Shown piece by piece: positions 47,688 through 58,735 of a stretch of DNA of 64,000 nt. Origin of the DNA: Candidatus Hodarchaeota archaeon (GTDB taxonomy: Archaea > Asgardarchaeota > Lokiarchaeia > Sigyniarchaeales > SOKP01); contig JBHLKM010000019.1 of the NCBI GenBank assembly GCA_048886685.1, positions 20,107-84,106 on the forward strand, in the 5' to 3' direction. The translations under genes and the position numbers were made by a program. The notes beneath the pieces are model-generated. The model had not been told where the DNA came from, ran no database searches, and saw only the letters and a list, made by a program, of their open reading frames with translations. Positions within the stretch are counted from its first letter, which is position 1. Every line of letters starts with the position of its first letter.

Positions 47688-50090
47688 ATGCTGGTTTCAG
47701 ATAAAAGCCTTGGAAGAACTTCCAGATTAAAAAATAATCTCTTGGCAAGTAAGTATGAATTATGCATTGAACGCATCAAATATTTTACAGAGATCTATAC
47801 AAAATTTCCCAAGGATCCTGAAATTATAAAGAGAGCCAAAGCTATAGCTCATACGCTGGATAAGATGACGATTTTTATTAGGGAAGATGAATTACTGATT
47901 GGAAATGAAACAAGCAAAAACTTAGGAGAAAAAATTAATCTTGATTTGTACGCGTATGATAGATCGTTCCATAAACGTAGTAGTATTAAAAAATATGGAA
48001 GGCGAAAATTACAACCTTTTTTTATGGGAGATAACGAAATTGACGAATTATTAGACTTAATTCCCTTTTGGAATGGGAAAGCATTATATAGTGATATCAT
48101 TGCTCAAAGAATTTATGATGAAAAATTAATTGTAGATAGGAACAGAATTGGGACAGCAGCACCTAATATTGCCATCGCAAATGGGACTAATGAGGGTCAT
48201 ATTTGCGTAGGATATGATAAGCTTCTAAAATTAGGTTATAAGGGGATAATTGAAGAAGCTGAATCATATCAATCAAAATTAAATAAAACTGACATTGGAT
48301 ATCAAGACAGGTTTAATTTCTATGAAGCTGTAAAAATTTCCTATAATGCAGCTATTCAATTTTCAAGGAGATATTCAAAACTTGCGTATAAAATGGCTCT
48401 AAATGAAAAAAATGAATCAAGAAAGAAAGAACTTGAGTTCATTGGAGAGATGATGGAAAAGTTTACTGAGGGGACTGCTGAGTCGTTCTATGAGGCAATT
48501 CAGTTTATACATTTTACTCAAAACATAATAAATATAATTTATCATAGAAGTGTTGTAGCATTAGGAAGATTAGATCAAATACTATGGTCATATTATAAAA
48601 AAGACTTGGAAAAAGACAAGATAACGAGAGATTTTGCTTTAGAACTAATTGAAGAATTAAATCTCAAATTAACCTGGAATACAACAATATTACCAACAGA
48701 TTATACTAATGTTGCAAATGCGCTTGGACAAAATACACAGACAATAACAATTTCTGGTGTAGATCAAGAGGGAAATGATGTTACAAATGAAATTTCATAC
48801 TTATTTCTTGAAGCTTATAAGAATATAAAAGTCTTTACAACAGATCTTTCAATAAGAGTTCATAAGAAAATTCCAAAAAGATTCTTAAAAGAAGCAATAA
48901 GTATCTTTCGATCTACTTCTGGAATTGCTTTTTATAATGATGATGTAATTATTCCTGCTATGATTAAAGCAGGTTATAGCACTGAGGATGCCCGTAACTA
49001 TGCATTAATCGGTTGTGTCGAACCTTCAAGCCAAGGAAATACATTTGCAGCTACAGGTCGAACTTTTATGAATTTACCTGGTGTTCTTGAGTTAACTTTG
49101 AATAATGGATATTGTAATCTAACACAACAAGTAAGTGGCTTGGAAACAGGAAACCTTGCTGATTTTAGCACTTATGATGAATTATATCGTGCTTTAACTC
49201 GTCAATTACGTTATAATATTGATAAATCAGTTAAAATTGCCCAAATTGGGGATGAGGAGACAATGAAATTCCTACCTCAACCATTTGTTTCCGCTATGAT
49301 TAATGGTTGCATGGAAAAAGGTAAAGATTATACAGCAGGAGGGGCAAAATATAATTTCTCTTCAATAACAGCCTATGGATTTGCGACCTTAGTAGATTCA
49401 TTATATAATATTAAAAGGGCAGTTTATGAAGAAAAACTAATATCGCTTCCAGATTTAGTTCAAATTCTAAATTCTAATTTCGATGAGCATGAAGAACTCA
49501 GACAGAGATTAGTAAATAAATATGATAAATGGGGAAATGATAAAGAAGAAATAGATAAACTAGCGAATGAATTATGGAATTTGTTTTGTTCTGAAGTTGT
49601 AAATCATAAATGTATACGAAATGGTCGTTATAATCCGGGAGCTTATTCCATGGGAGTCCATGTTATAGAAGGACTTTTTACAAGAGCTTCAGCAGATGGG
49701 AGGAAAGCAACGCAACCATTATCAAACAGTCTTTCTCCAGTTAATAGAGTTGAAAAAAATGGTCTAACCGCTGCATTAAATTCAATTGCGAAATTAAATT
49801 ATGAACTTGCTACTAATGGAGTTGCGGTTAATATAAGATTACATCCCCAAAATTTTGAAGGAGAAGAAAATTTAGAAAAATTATATTCTCTCTTAAGGGC
49901 TTATTTTGAATTAGGTGGAATGCAACTACAACCTAATGTCGTATCTACTGAAACCCTAAGAGATGCCCAACAACATCCTGAGAATTATCTAGACTTAATA
50001 GTAAAAGTTGGTGGCTATAACGCTACGTTTGTAGATCTTGGAACTCCAATACAAAATGATATTATTCATAGACTCGAATATAACATATAA
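47688..50090 (+). CDS. Glycyl radical enzyme (PFL2/eliminase-like), substrate unknown
   Basis: I..DELLIGN, LGRLDQ, GCVEP, SADGR, GGMQLQPNV, PENY.DLIVKVGGY. Confidence 0.92.
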   Translation: MLVSDKSLGRTSRLKNNLLASKYELCIERIKYFTEIYTKFPKDPEIIKRAKAIAHTLDKMTIFIREDELLIGNETSKNLGEKINLDLYAYDRSFHKRSSIKKYGRRKLQPFFMGDNEIDELLDLIPFWNGKALYSDIIAQRIYDEKLIVDRNRIGTAAPNIAIANGTNEGHICVGYDKLLKLGYKGIIEEAESYQSKLNKTDIGYQDRFNFYEAVKISYNAAIQFSRRYSKLAYKMALNEKNESRKKELEFIGEMMEKFTEGTAESFYEAIQFIHFTQNIINIIYHRSVVALGRLDQILWSYYKKDLEKDKITRDFALELIEELNLKLTWNTTILPTDYTNVANALGQNTQTITISGVDQEGNDVTNEISYLFLEAYKNIKVFTTDLSIRVHKKIPKRFLKEAISIFRSTSGIAFYNDDVIIPAMIKAGYSTEDARNYALIGCVEPSSQGNTFAATGRTFMNLPGVLELTLNNGYCNLTQQVSGLETGNLADFSTYDELYRALTRQLRYNIDKSVKIAQIGDEETMKFLPQPFVSAMINGCMEKGKDYTAGGAKYNFSSITAYGFATLVDSLYNIKRAVYEEKLISLPDLVQILNSNFDEHEELRQRLVNKYDKWGNDKEEIDKLANELWNLFCSEVVNHKCIRNGRYNPGAYSMGVHVIEGLFTRASADGRKATQPLSNSLSPVNRVEKNGLTAALNSIAKLNYELATNGVAVNIRLHPQNFEGEENLEKLYSLLRAYFELGGMQLQPNVVSTETLRDAQQHPENYLDLIVKVGGYNATFVDLGTPIQNDIIHRLEYNI

Positions 50091-50163
50091 ACAATTAGAA
50101 GAGTTTAAATCAATAAAATCAAATTAATACCTAGAAAAATTAGTATAATTTAATTCATTCACC

Positions 50164-50673
50164 GTGTCAAACTGTTATTTCTGCAATAAAAAGATAGATG
50201 ACATACCATATAGATGTAAATTTTGTGGAATGATATTCTGTGGTAAACATCGAATACCTGAAAATCATGATTGCCCCTTTGATTTGAGAAAATCTTCCGA
50301 AATTGAGGAATCATTAAGTAAGATTGATCTACTTTACCAAGATGCTCTTGATTTTATGAATAAAGATTTGACAGTAGCAAAGATTTATGAGTATGTTACT
50401 ACTAAGCAAATGAATAGTTTAGAAGCAACAGAACTTTTAACTTACTTTATAGAAAACAGTGATGATGCTGAAACTCGTAGAATTAGCATTCAGACTTTTA
50501 AAGTATTGGAGTTAAAAAATAAATACGCCTTTAATACTCTTGAGAGTTGTATTCTTTCAGAAAATAATCCAGATGTGAGAAAGACCGCAATAGATGTAAT
50601 AAAATATATTTTTCCAAAAAAATCTCAAACTATTTTAAAGTGGATTCTAAATCATAATAAGGATTTGAATTAA
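50164..50673 (+). CDS. AN1-type zinc finger plus HEAT-like repeats
   Basis: CYFC......PYRCKFCG..FC..HR.PENH.C; D..TRR..I and N.DVRK.A repeats. Confidence 0.85.
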   Translation: MSNCYFCNKKIDDIPYRCKFCGMIFCGKHRIPENHDCPFDLRKSSEIEESLSKIDLLYQDALDFMNKDLTVAKIYEYVTTKQMNSLEATELLTYFIENSDDAETRRISIQTFKVLELKNKYAFNTLESCILSENNPDVRKTAIDVIKYIFPKKSQTILKWILNHNKDLN

Positions 50674-50738
50674 TGAAGCCATGTCTTTTAGAATAAAAAA
50701 AAAGATTTAAGATTAAAATTTCAGATGAATCAAGACTT

Positions 50739-50906
50739 TCACGGATCTTCTAATGGAAGAACTGTGACATAAATGCTATTTGTAACTACATTATTCTGTA
50801 CTCTTAGTTCTGAATCAGAAAATTTCATAGTGGACCCAGAATTCAGTAAATAATCCCCAGGATTAGTAATTTCTTGCTCTCCCGCTGGATTTAGACCTGT
50901 AAACAA
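50739..50906 (-). pseudogene. 3' remnant of a paralogue of the adjacent 1201 aa surface protein
   Basis: TGLNPAGEQEITNPGDYLLNSGSTMKFSD...VTNSIYV.V aligns with TDTNPAGHQEYTTSGVYELNSGATLKFID...VTDSIYV.V. Confidence 0.82.
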
Positions 50907-51210
50907 ACAAATTTTATTTATTCCATAAAAGATACTTATAGTCTCATCTATCTTAATCAATTTTTAAAAAAATGTAAAGAATTATAGTTCTATAATCAAA
51001 TTATTCTTCATTAGTCATCAATTCCACAAAAATTAGATTTTAAAATTAGAAATGTTTACAAAAATTTAAAAAAAAAAATTTATTATAGTTTTGTAGAGGA
51101 GATGGTATTTCTAAACTGTTCACATGGGCAATTCAAATACTTCATTTCTTCTACACACTATAATTTTGATTATTTATTCTGGTTCTTTTTCAGTTGTGGT
51201 CCTTTTTATC

Positions 51211-54200
51211 TTAAAAGATTATAACATCATACACTTCAACATATATACTGTCTGTGACAGCACTAAGCTGCATATCCTGTTCAGGATCAATGAATTTCAA
51301 TGTAGCACCCGAATTTAGCTCATAGACGCCTGACGTGGTATATTCTTGATGTCCAGCAGGATTTGTATCAGTGGACACGCCTATGATTATACTGGTAGAA
51401 TCTCCAGAACCGAGATTCCCAATAGTCCATTCGAAATGAACTTTATGAGATTTTCCTGTCCAAAAGATATTGAACTTACAAGGTTCGTTACCAAAGGTAA
51501 CACCAGTTTTGTCTAGATCAGAAGTGTCCATCGGAAGTCCATCTTTGAAAATTTCAACTTCAGCGTTTTTCGTTCCATAATCAGAGTATTCAAATTCGTA
51601 GGTGAATCCACCTGCTATAATGTAGTCTATCATGAGTTCTGCGCCGAATCTATCACTAATTACGGTGTCAGTCATAGGATAACTAAACGGATTTGTAATC
51701 TCTATTTCTACTGCAAACTGAACCTTTGTTTCAACCATGACTGCTACACTCTTTACTGGTGTGTGGCATATAGTGATTGGTTGAGTCATATCAAGATTTA
51801 TATTAACATCACCTTCACGATAATACTCCCATACGTCAACATCAACCCAATAACGAGGATCAATTGTGATACACCAAGAACTAGTGGTTGGAAGTCCGCT
51901 TATTGCTCCGCCATCAGTGTTGTACCACCAGTGCCATCTACCTTTAGCAGTGCTAGCAGTGCTAAAATAGAATTCACCTGGATCATCACTTTGGGCGAGA
52001 TAGGCACCTGATGGAATACCAGAAAGATTCATCCAGCATTGTGCATTAGGAGAACCTGAGTTATAACCTTTCCCAGGATAATAGACATTACCATCGATAT
52101 CGTGGACAATAAATAGGCTGACTTGATCACTTGGGGTTGTAGTATCTCGATATAGATATATGAAACTATGATAAGGTTCTTCGAGACCTGTATGGGCGCT
52201 TACACTATAATAATCATAGAAGCCCGTTGCAGTTTCAGCATATTCAATTGGATCTATTATCCATGTGTTTTCCCCTTGTGTCAATGTAAAGTAACCAATA
52301 ACTGACTTCTGGAGTTCTTCAAAGGCTTCTATGACAAAGGGCACAGTAATTTCCTTTTCATGATAGATCTCTCCACACTTATACCATTCCACTTTGGCTG
52401 TATCGTACACCATCCAGTCCTCCCATTTTGCCTCTGTTACCTTTGCCTCAAACTCTATTTTGTGATAACATGGATCTGTGATGGTGTAAGCGACTTGTTG
52501 ATCGGTAACTGTTGGAATTGCTGAAACTCCATTTACTTCGAAAGTTCCAGGTATATATGTGAACTGATTTGGAAGTGTGTCTATGACTTTCACGGTTACA
52601 CCAGATGGAACACCTACATGCAAAGTGATACGCACAACACTACCCAAGCCACCGCTAGTAGAACTCATCTCTTTTCTAATTATTGCATCTTCTAAGGCCC
52701 AATATGTATGACCATAATGTGCGCTTGCTTGTCCCCAATCATAGAAGAATATCTCAAGGAATCTGTCTCCATCTACATCTGCAACAACAGGAGAAGTGTG
52801 AATCCCACCTTGAGGAGAAGGATACGGACCGATATTCACTCTAAATCGATCAATTTCCATTCCATCATCTCCCTCTAGTAAGTAGAGGAAACCATCGTCT
52901 GAGCCAACATAAATATCTAGACTTGTTGGTGGTAATGTTCCGTAGAGTCCAGTACGTGCTGGATTATGTCTAAACATAGGCCAATCTTTATCATATGGTT
53001 CGATGTTGCATCTTTCTGCGAGGGCTGGAGATGAATATACGGCACCACTAGTTGGATAACTCCATTCAATACAGCCTAAATTGGTAAGAGCATAGATGTT
53101 TCCATCGTTTGAACCAATCACTATTTCATACCCTCCGTCATTATCAATGTCTCCAATAGCGGCAGAAGAATACACTGCTCCACCTGTTCCATATGTCCAC
53201 TCGGTACTACCTACACTGCCATCCCATTGATAACAATATATGGTGCCATCAGTCGATCCTATAATTATTTCCAGGTAGCCATCACCATCAAGATCAGCAA
53301 GAGCTGCAGAAGCATATACTGACCCGCCAGTTGTAAACATACTTTCTAGGGATCCTGTAGCGCCATCAAGAACATGCACATTGCCATCCGCGGAACCTAT
53401 GACTACTTCTAAATGCCCGTCATTATCTATGTCACCTATTGCAGGGGAAGCAAATACTACAGCGCCAGTGTTAAACTTCCAGAGAACATCCCAATCTATG
53501 CCTTCAGTCCCCAATGGATATGGCCACCCGCTGAAATCAATAGGGAGTACAGTATACCCATCATTAATTCCATCTGTGTTGTCCCCGTCAAAGCACCATA
53601 TATTACCGCGAGGACGATTTCCTATTACAAGCTCTACACCGCTTACACTACTATCGAGATCTGCAGCAGCTGGTGAAGAGGGCCACTCGAAATTACCACC
53701 TACATAAGTTCCAGAGAGTTTTGGAAAAGTCCAGATAAAGTTGCCCTGATGATCCATTACCTGAAAATACCAACCACTCGTTGTTCCTCCTGCTATTTCC
53801 AAGTCACCGTCTTCATCGATGTCTATTATGACTGGAGAACTTCTTGCCTCATCGGTCTGAGTTCCTCTTTGCCACTCTAGGTTTCCGCTAGAATCAAATG
53901 TACGCCAAACACCAGCCGAAAAAACTCCATCTTGATAAGGTCCCCATGTTTCGTCGCTTCCTGTCACTATTTCTAGATCTGAATTAGGATCAGTTCCATA
54001 GTTATTGACATTAGGACCTAGATCAGCAATCGCTGAAGATGATCCATATAAGCCCCAGTCATACCAATACATATCATATGACCATTCTTCCCTGAGAATA
54101 TTATGTTTACTCGGTAAACATCCGGCAACTGCGTCAACCTCTGGTTCATTAAGCCCACCAGAAGGGCTCCAAGCTGCTATCTTAATATAACGATACATTC

Positions 54201-54816
54201 CTGGAAGTTGGTATACCCCAGCAATATCATCACTGCACCATCCGTTATTATTAGCATCTTCAGCTGGATTATGGGTACGCCATCCATCTAGATAAACATC
54301 TTTTAACACTGCCTGGGTACTTACAGGCCACAACCCCCACAGATTATTGGAGCCATAGACTCTGGTTTCAAGCCCTTCTGCCAGATAAGGACCATGATCC
54401 TGGCTAAGGAAAACTACAATTTTATCAGTTCTATAACCCAGGTCCCACCATCCCTCATCTGGCCAAATTATTTGCGCCCATAAGCCATCTAAAGCATCAC
54501 CGTTGGTATTGGCGTCTCCAACCCCACCAACCCAACTATCGTCCCAGTTTACACTAACTCCACTATCACCATATCCACGAGCATTTGGTTGGGTAGCACT
54601 TATGCCTAAAAAGTCTCCCATTATTAAGGAAGAGAGGTCTATTTTCCCTAGATGAATCACTGCTGCGGGGTTATAATTAGGAGTAGACGCATCCCATGTA
54701 TAGGCGGCTCCTGGATTGTACGCAAAGACAGAATTTGTAAGCACAGGAATCATTACTACGATCATGAATGCAACTAGAAGTAATCTTAGTGATTTCTTTT
54801 TATTTATATTTTTCAT
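51211..54816 (-). CDS. Secreted FG-GAP/PQQ-like beta-propeller protein with Ig-like domains
   Basis: Signal peptide; repeated SSPAIGDIDNDG..EIVIGS.DG; DUF11-like V.DTLP..F.Y; visibly more GC-rich than its flanks. Confidence 0.85.
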   Translation of the reverse strand: MKNINKKKSLRLLLVAFMIVVMIPVLTNSVFAYNPGAAYTWDASTPNYNPAAVIHLGKIDLSSLIMGDFLGISATQPNARGYGDSGVSVNWDDSWVGGVGDANTNGDALDGLWAQIIWPDEGWWDLGYRTDKIVVFLSQDHGPYLAEGLETRVYGSNNLWGLWPVSTQAVLKDVYLDGWRTHNPAEDANNNGWCSDDIAGVYQLPGMYRYIKIAAWSPSGGLNEPEVDAVAGCLPSKHNILREEWSYDMYWYDWGLYGSSSAIADLGPNVNNYGTDPNSDLEIVTGSDETWGPYQDGVFSAGVWRTFDSSGNLEWQRGTQTDEARSSPVIIDIDEDGDLEIAGGTTSGWYFQVMDHQGNFIWTFPKLSGTYVGGNFEWPSSPAAADLDSSVSGVELVIGNRPRGNIWCFDGDNTDGINDGYTVLPIDFSGWPYPLGTEGIDWDVLWKFNTGAVVFASPAIGDIDNDGHLEVVIGSADGNVHVLDGATGSLESMFTTGGSVYASAALADLDGDGYLEIIIGSTDGTIYCYQWDGSVGSTEWTYGTGGAVYSSAAIGDIDNDGGYEIVIGSNDGNIYALTNLGCIEWSYPTSGAVYSSPALAERCNIEPYDKDWPMFRHNPARTGLYGTLPPTSLDIYVGSDDGFLYLLEGDDGMEIDRFRVNIGPYPSPQGGIHTSPVVADVDGDRFLEIFFYDWGQASAHYGHTYWALEDAIIRKEMSSTSGGLGSVVRITLHVGVPSGVTVKVIDTLPNQFTYIPGTFEVNGVSAIPTVTDQQVAYTITDPCYHKIEFEAKVTEAKWEDWMVYDTAKVEWYKCGEIYHEKEITVPFVIEAFEELQKSVIGYFTLTQGENTWIIDPIEYAETATGFYDYYSVSAHTGLEEPYHSFIYLYRDTTTPSDQVSLFIVHDIDGNVYYPGKGYNSGSPNAQCWMNLSGIPSGAYLAQSDDPGEFYFSTASTAKGRWHWWYNTDGGAISGLPTTSSWCITIDPRYWVDVDVWEYYREGDVNINLDMTQPITICHTPVKSVAVMVETKVQFAVEIEITNPFSYPMTDTVISDRFGAELMIDYIIAGGFTYEFEYSDYGTKNAEVEIFKDGLPMDTSDLDKTGVTFGNEPCKFNIFWTGKSHKVHFEWTIGNLGSGDSTSIIIGVSTDTNPAGHQEYTTSGVYELNSGATLKFIDPEQDMQLSAVTDSIYVEVYDVIIF

Positions 54817-54911
54817 AACTACTTTCCTCTATTTATTCAATCAAAATTTTTTATTTTCTTAATTTCAACCTTTTTTGTTTTGTTGTATTCAGATTTTAAT
54901 GCATTGTAAAT

Positions 54912-54957
54912 TAATGGATTTCACATTAATTGTACATTAATAATGGATCTCACATTA
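54912..54957. promoter_or_regulatory. Tandem 17 bp imperfect palindromic operators
   Basis: taatggatttcacatta (54912-54928) and taatggatctcacatta (54941-54957). Confidence 0.6.
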
Positions 54958-55279
54958 GTATTTAACATTTTTGTTAAATTTTGATACTTAATAAAGCATC
55001 ATCTGAATACTTCCATCCTTTAAAACTTGCTAAGATTAAGACCTTAGGCAGAGTTAGAATGATTCAACATAAAAGATCCATTATCGATTGGTTTCTAAAA
55101 ATTATGAAATAAAGGTCTCCTGATTATTTTTATGTATCAAACCTTTTCATTGTAAAATGGTTAATGATATAAAATAGAAAACTTTTCCAAAAAAAGTAAA
55201 GACCTTTTAAATTGGATTAATAAACATTATAAGAAATTAAATAAAAAAAATTAAAGAATTATAAAAAAAGTGAAATTAA

Positions 55280-56107
55280 ATGGAAATATCATATGATTTA
55301 GAATCCATCACTCCTCATACAGTAGCTAATACTACTGGAGAAGGACGTGGTAACACTGGAGGAATTGCTTTACGCAATTTTTGCATAGGTATCGATAGTT
55401 CGATGTATGTTAAAACCGGAGAAATTCTTCGAAAGAACCTCGAGACACAGTTTGATCTTCCTGTTAAATATTTAATAATTACTCATTATCATGGAGATCA
55501 TATTTTTGGTATTAAAGCTTTTAAGGATGTATGTGTCTTAAGTAGTGAATTGACTTCAAAAGTTATGTTGAATAGTGAAACAAAAGCTCGTTATCAAGTA
55601 TTTATCAAGGATTTGGCTAAGGAAGGTCCACTTGGAGAAGGTATTGAATATATCGTTCCTACTCTTCTCTTTACAGACAAGTTAATCATCCAAGATGATG
55701 ATTTATATATAGAGATTTTTCATACTGGAGGTCATACTGCTGGTTCGAGTTTTGTCTCTTTTCCACATGAGAAAGTAATTTTCGCAGGAGACTTGATTTT
55801 TGAAAATACTTTTCCTTATATTGGAGATCCTACGTGTAACCCTGAGCTTTTAATTAAAGCTCTAGAGAAAATGCGAGAGATGGATGCTGATATATATATC
55901 CCTGGCCATGGACCAATTTTAAAGGGAGCAAGTTCATTAGACAAGCATATCAATTTTTCCAAAGAATTTAAAGATATAATACAAGAAGCACTAAAGGATA
56001 ATTTGAACGCAAAAGAAGTTGAGGTTCCAGATACTTTTGGGGAACCAGATGCTGATCGTAAGAGTATGGCTATTAACCATTGGTTAAATTTCTATAAAAA
56101 GAAATAA
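55280..56107 (+). CDS. MBL-fold metallo-hydrolase (cyclase-like)
   Basis: THYHGDH.FG, GGHT.G, FAGDL, IPGHG. Confidence 0.9.
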   Translation: MEISYDLESITPHTVANTTGEGRGNTGGIALRNFCIGIDSSMYVKTGEILRKNLETQFDLPVKYLIITHYHGDHIFGIKAFKDVCVLSSELTSKVMLNSETKARYQVFIKDLAKEGPLGEGIEYIVPTLLFTDKLIIQDDDLYIEIFHTGGHTAGSSFVSFPHEKVIFAGDLIFENTFPYIGDPTCNPELLIKALEKMREMDADIYIPGHGPILKGASSLDKHINFSKEFKDIIQEALKDNLNAKEVEVPDTFGEPDADRKSMAINHWLNFYKKK

Positions 56108-56127
56108 GATAAAAAGAAGATTAACAA

Positions 56128-57384
56128 CTATTTTATTATTTCCTTATTATAATCTACATGTCGAATCCCGGTAAAAAGATAAGGAATAATAGTAATAATC
56201 AAACTGACAATCGCGCAAATCATATATAAAAAGGATACTCCCCACAGTTCACTTAAAGGTCCCGATAAAATAGCTCCTATAGGGTTAGCAACCATTATAA
56301 ATATATTAAGTATAGAACTAACCCGCCCCATCTTATCTGAGGGAACTGTACTTTGTACAACTGTTATAACTATTATATCTACAATAGGTATAACAAATCC
56401 CATAATAAATGCTCCTGTACCTATTATAGAATAATATCCAATTGGTGCAAGTCCATAAAGCAGATATCCAAAATTTATAATAACCATTCCAGTAAACAAA
56501 ACTCTAATTTGATTATTCCATTTTTTTTTAAAAAAGGGAACTAATGCTCCTAATATCATCCCTCCCTGTAAAACCATCTCAACAATTGCTAATGTAAAAT
56601 TGTTCCCTCCATGTGTAACCTTTATAAAGAAAGGTGCTAATACCAACGCAGGTTGTGATAGCATATACAACATCATCGCAATCAACATAATAGTTAATAG
56701 TCCTGGGATGCCCTTTATTACCGTTAAACCTTCCTTAAATTCTTTAACAAATCCTTTTTTCTCAACGGGTTTGATATCAATTTTAATCGCAGGAAGTTTA
56801 AGTGCTATTAAAGGAATCAATGCAATGAAATACGTAATAACATCTATCCATAATACATATTTTATTGGAAAAAAAAATAATAATGTAGCTCCGACTGCAG
56901 GTCCTGCAAATTGAACAATTCCTAAGAAAAAGTAACGAATCCCATTTACTCGACTTAATTTATCCTTTGGAACCATAAGAGGCATAATCGTCATTACTAC
57001 AGGGCCATGAACTTGCTGACAAACACTTCTAAGACCAAGAAACAGAAATACAACCCATAATTCTGTGAAGCCAACTATAAATAGTAATGCTAAAATTACC
57101 GATAAATATGCTTGCAAAGAGTCTACCACTAATATCATGATCTTTCTATTTATCCTGTCTGCAATTACTCCCGCAAAAGGTGTAACGATTATCATAGGAA
57201 CTAAAAAAATAAAATTGGCTATAGATAACATTAATGCACTGCCAGTTACATCAGTAATCCATACAAAAATAGCAAAAGAGAGAACTAATGATCCTAACAA
57301 TGAGAAAAGCTGACCTACCCAAAAATACATGTAATTGATGAATGTCTCTCGATTAGCTATTTCTTCCAATTTAAAACTACTCAA
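56128..57384 (-). CDS. MFS transporter (DHA3/MefA-like)
   Basis: W.GQLFS.LGS, PFAGV.ADR..RK, P.MVPK..L.R.NG, GRV.S. Confidence 0.92.
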   Translation of the reverse strand: MSSFKLEEIANRETFINYMYFWVGQLFSLLGSLVLSFAIFVWITDVTGSALMLSIANFIFLVPMIIVTPFAGVIADRINRKIMILVVDSLQAYLSVILALLFIVGFTELWVVFLFLGLRSVCQQVHGPVVMTIMPLMVPKDKLSRVNGIRYFFLGIVQFAGPAVGATLLFFFPIKYVLWIDVITYFIALIPLIALKLPAIKIDIKPVEKKGFVKEFKEGLTVIKGIPGLLTIMLIAMMLYMLSQPALVLAPFFIKVTHGGNNFTLAIVEMVLQGGMILGALVPFFKKKWNNQIRVLFTGMVIINFGYLLYGLAPIGYYSIIGTGAFIMGFVIPIVDIIVITVVQSTVPSDKMGRVSSILNIFIMVANPIGAILSGPLSELWGVSFLYMICAIVSLIITIIPYLFTGIRHVDYNKEIIK

Positions 57385-57416
57385 TTAAAATGTTACTTTT
57401 ATTTTCAAATGTTATT

Positions 57417-58703
57417 TTAAATTTTAATGTTATTAATCTCTCTACTTATCCCTTCATTTTCGATATTATGGCTGTTTACTCGTGTGTGAGCGATCCACCA
57501 TAATGTAAGAGTGATTACAACTCCAATAATTGAACAACCAACAAATAAACTGGGGACACCAAAAAATTCCGCCAAAGGGCCAGATATTAAAGCACCTATT
57601 GGAGAGATTGCTAACGAAATTGCCCAATCAATAGATGAGATTCTCCCCATTTTCTCTTTTGGTACCTTTTGTTGCATAATCGTGAGGTAAATGGTATTAT
57701 TAATTGGAACTATGAAACCAAAAATTGCAGCAGAAATACTCATTAATAAGAAAAATCCATGTGGGGAAGCTCCAATAATCCCGTATGTTACCATTAGCAG
57801 CATTTCCCCACAAAAGTATATGGGAATAATATGCTTCCAATTCTTTTTAATTGAAGTAACTAATGCTCCTAAAAGTGTGCCCCCATTCAGAAAAGCTAAA
57901 ACGATCGCCAAATCTGTTGGAGTGCCAGAGTGATTGAATAAAATTAAATAGGGCATAAAGATACCAAAAGGTCTCAATAAAAAGTTCACAAACATCGCAA
58001 CTAGAAGCATCATCAATAAAATTGGAATTAATTTCAATGCCCGAAATCCAATTTTGAAATCTTCTAAAAATGATTTCTTTTGAATTGAAGTGACATCTGT
58101 CTTAATTATTGGTATATTCGTCAATAATAATGGAATAAAAGCAATAGCATATGTTAACGGGTCTAACCAAAGGATCATCATTATAGGCATGAATGACATT
58201 AGCATTGCTGCTATTATCGGCCCTATAATTTGAATGGATCCAGTAAAGAAAAAATTAAGGCCATTTATTCTACTTAATCTTTCTTTTGGAACCATGGTAG
58301 GTATAATAGCATTTACGGTTGGAATATGAAAACCTTGAAATAACCCCAGAAGCCCGTTTATAGCGATTATTATTAGTGGTTCTGCCAAATCAAAACTGAA
58401 CAAGAGGATAATCAAAACCATAATAAAAGCTTGAAGGGAATCTACTACAAGAATAATCTTTTTTCTGCTCCACCTATCTATTAAAACACCCGCAAATGTA
58501 ATAACAATAGTCATAGGTAATGCATAAAAAAAACTGGCAAAAGATAGAAGGAGTGCGCTTCCAGTGATCTCAGTTAACCATAAAATAATTGTAAACTGTG
58601 AAATAGATGATCCTAAAACTGAGAACAGCTGGCCACTCCAAAAAAAAAGATATGCACGCCATGTCTCTCGATTAGCAGTCTCTTCCAATTTTACACGACT
58701 CAA
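57417..58703 (-). CDS. MFS transporter (DHA3/MefA-like), paralogue 2
   Basis: Same motifs as its neighbours. Confidence 0.92.
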   Translation of the reverse strand: MSRVKLEETANRETWRAYLFFWSGQLFSVLGSSISQFTIILWLTEITGSALLLSFASFFYALPMTIVITFAGVLIDRWSRKKIILVVDSLQAFIMVLIILLFSFDLAEPLIIIAINGLLGLFQGFHIPTVNAIIPTMVPKERLSRINGLNFFFTGSIQIIGPIIAAMLMSFMPIMMILWLDPLTYAIAFIPLLLTNIPIIKTDVTSIQKKSFLEDFKIGFRALKLIPILLMMLLVAMFVNFLLRPFGIFMPYLILFNHSGTPTDLAIVLAFLNGGTLLGALVTSIKKNWKHIIPIYFCGEMLLMVTYGIIGASPHGFFLLMSISAAIFGFIVPINNTIYLTIMQQKVPKEKMGRISSIDWAISLAISPIGALISGPLAEFFGVPSLFVGCSIIGVVITLTLWWIAHTRVNSHNIENEGISREINNIKI

Positions 58704-58735
58704 GAAAAGTGTATGTTTTATGACTAAATATTGGT

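Noticed and set aside
50715-50738. Possible fourth copy of the 35 bp dispersed motif
   Set aside because: Needs several gaps to align; not distinguishable from chance in AT-rich DNA.
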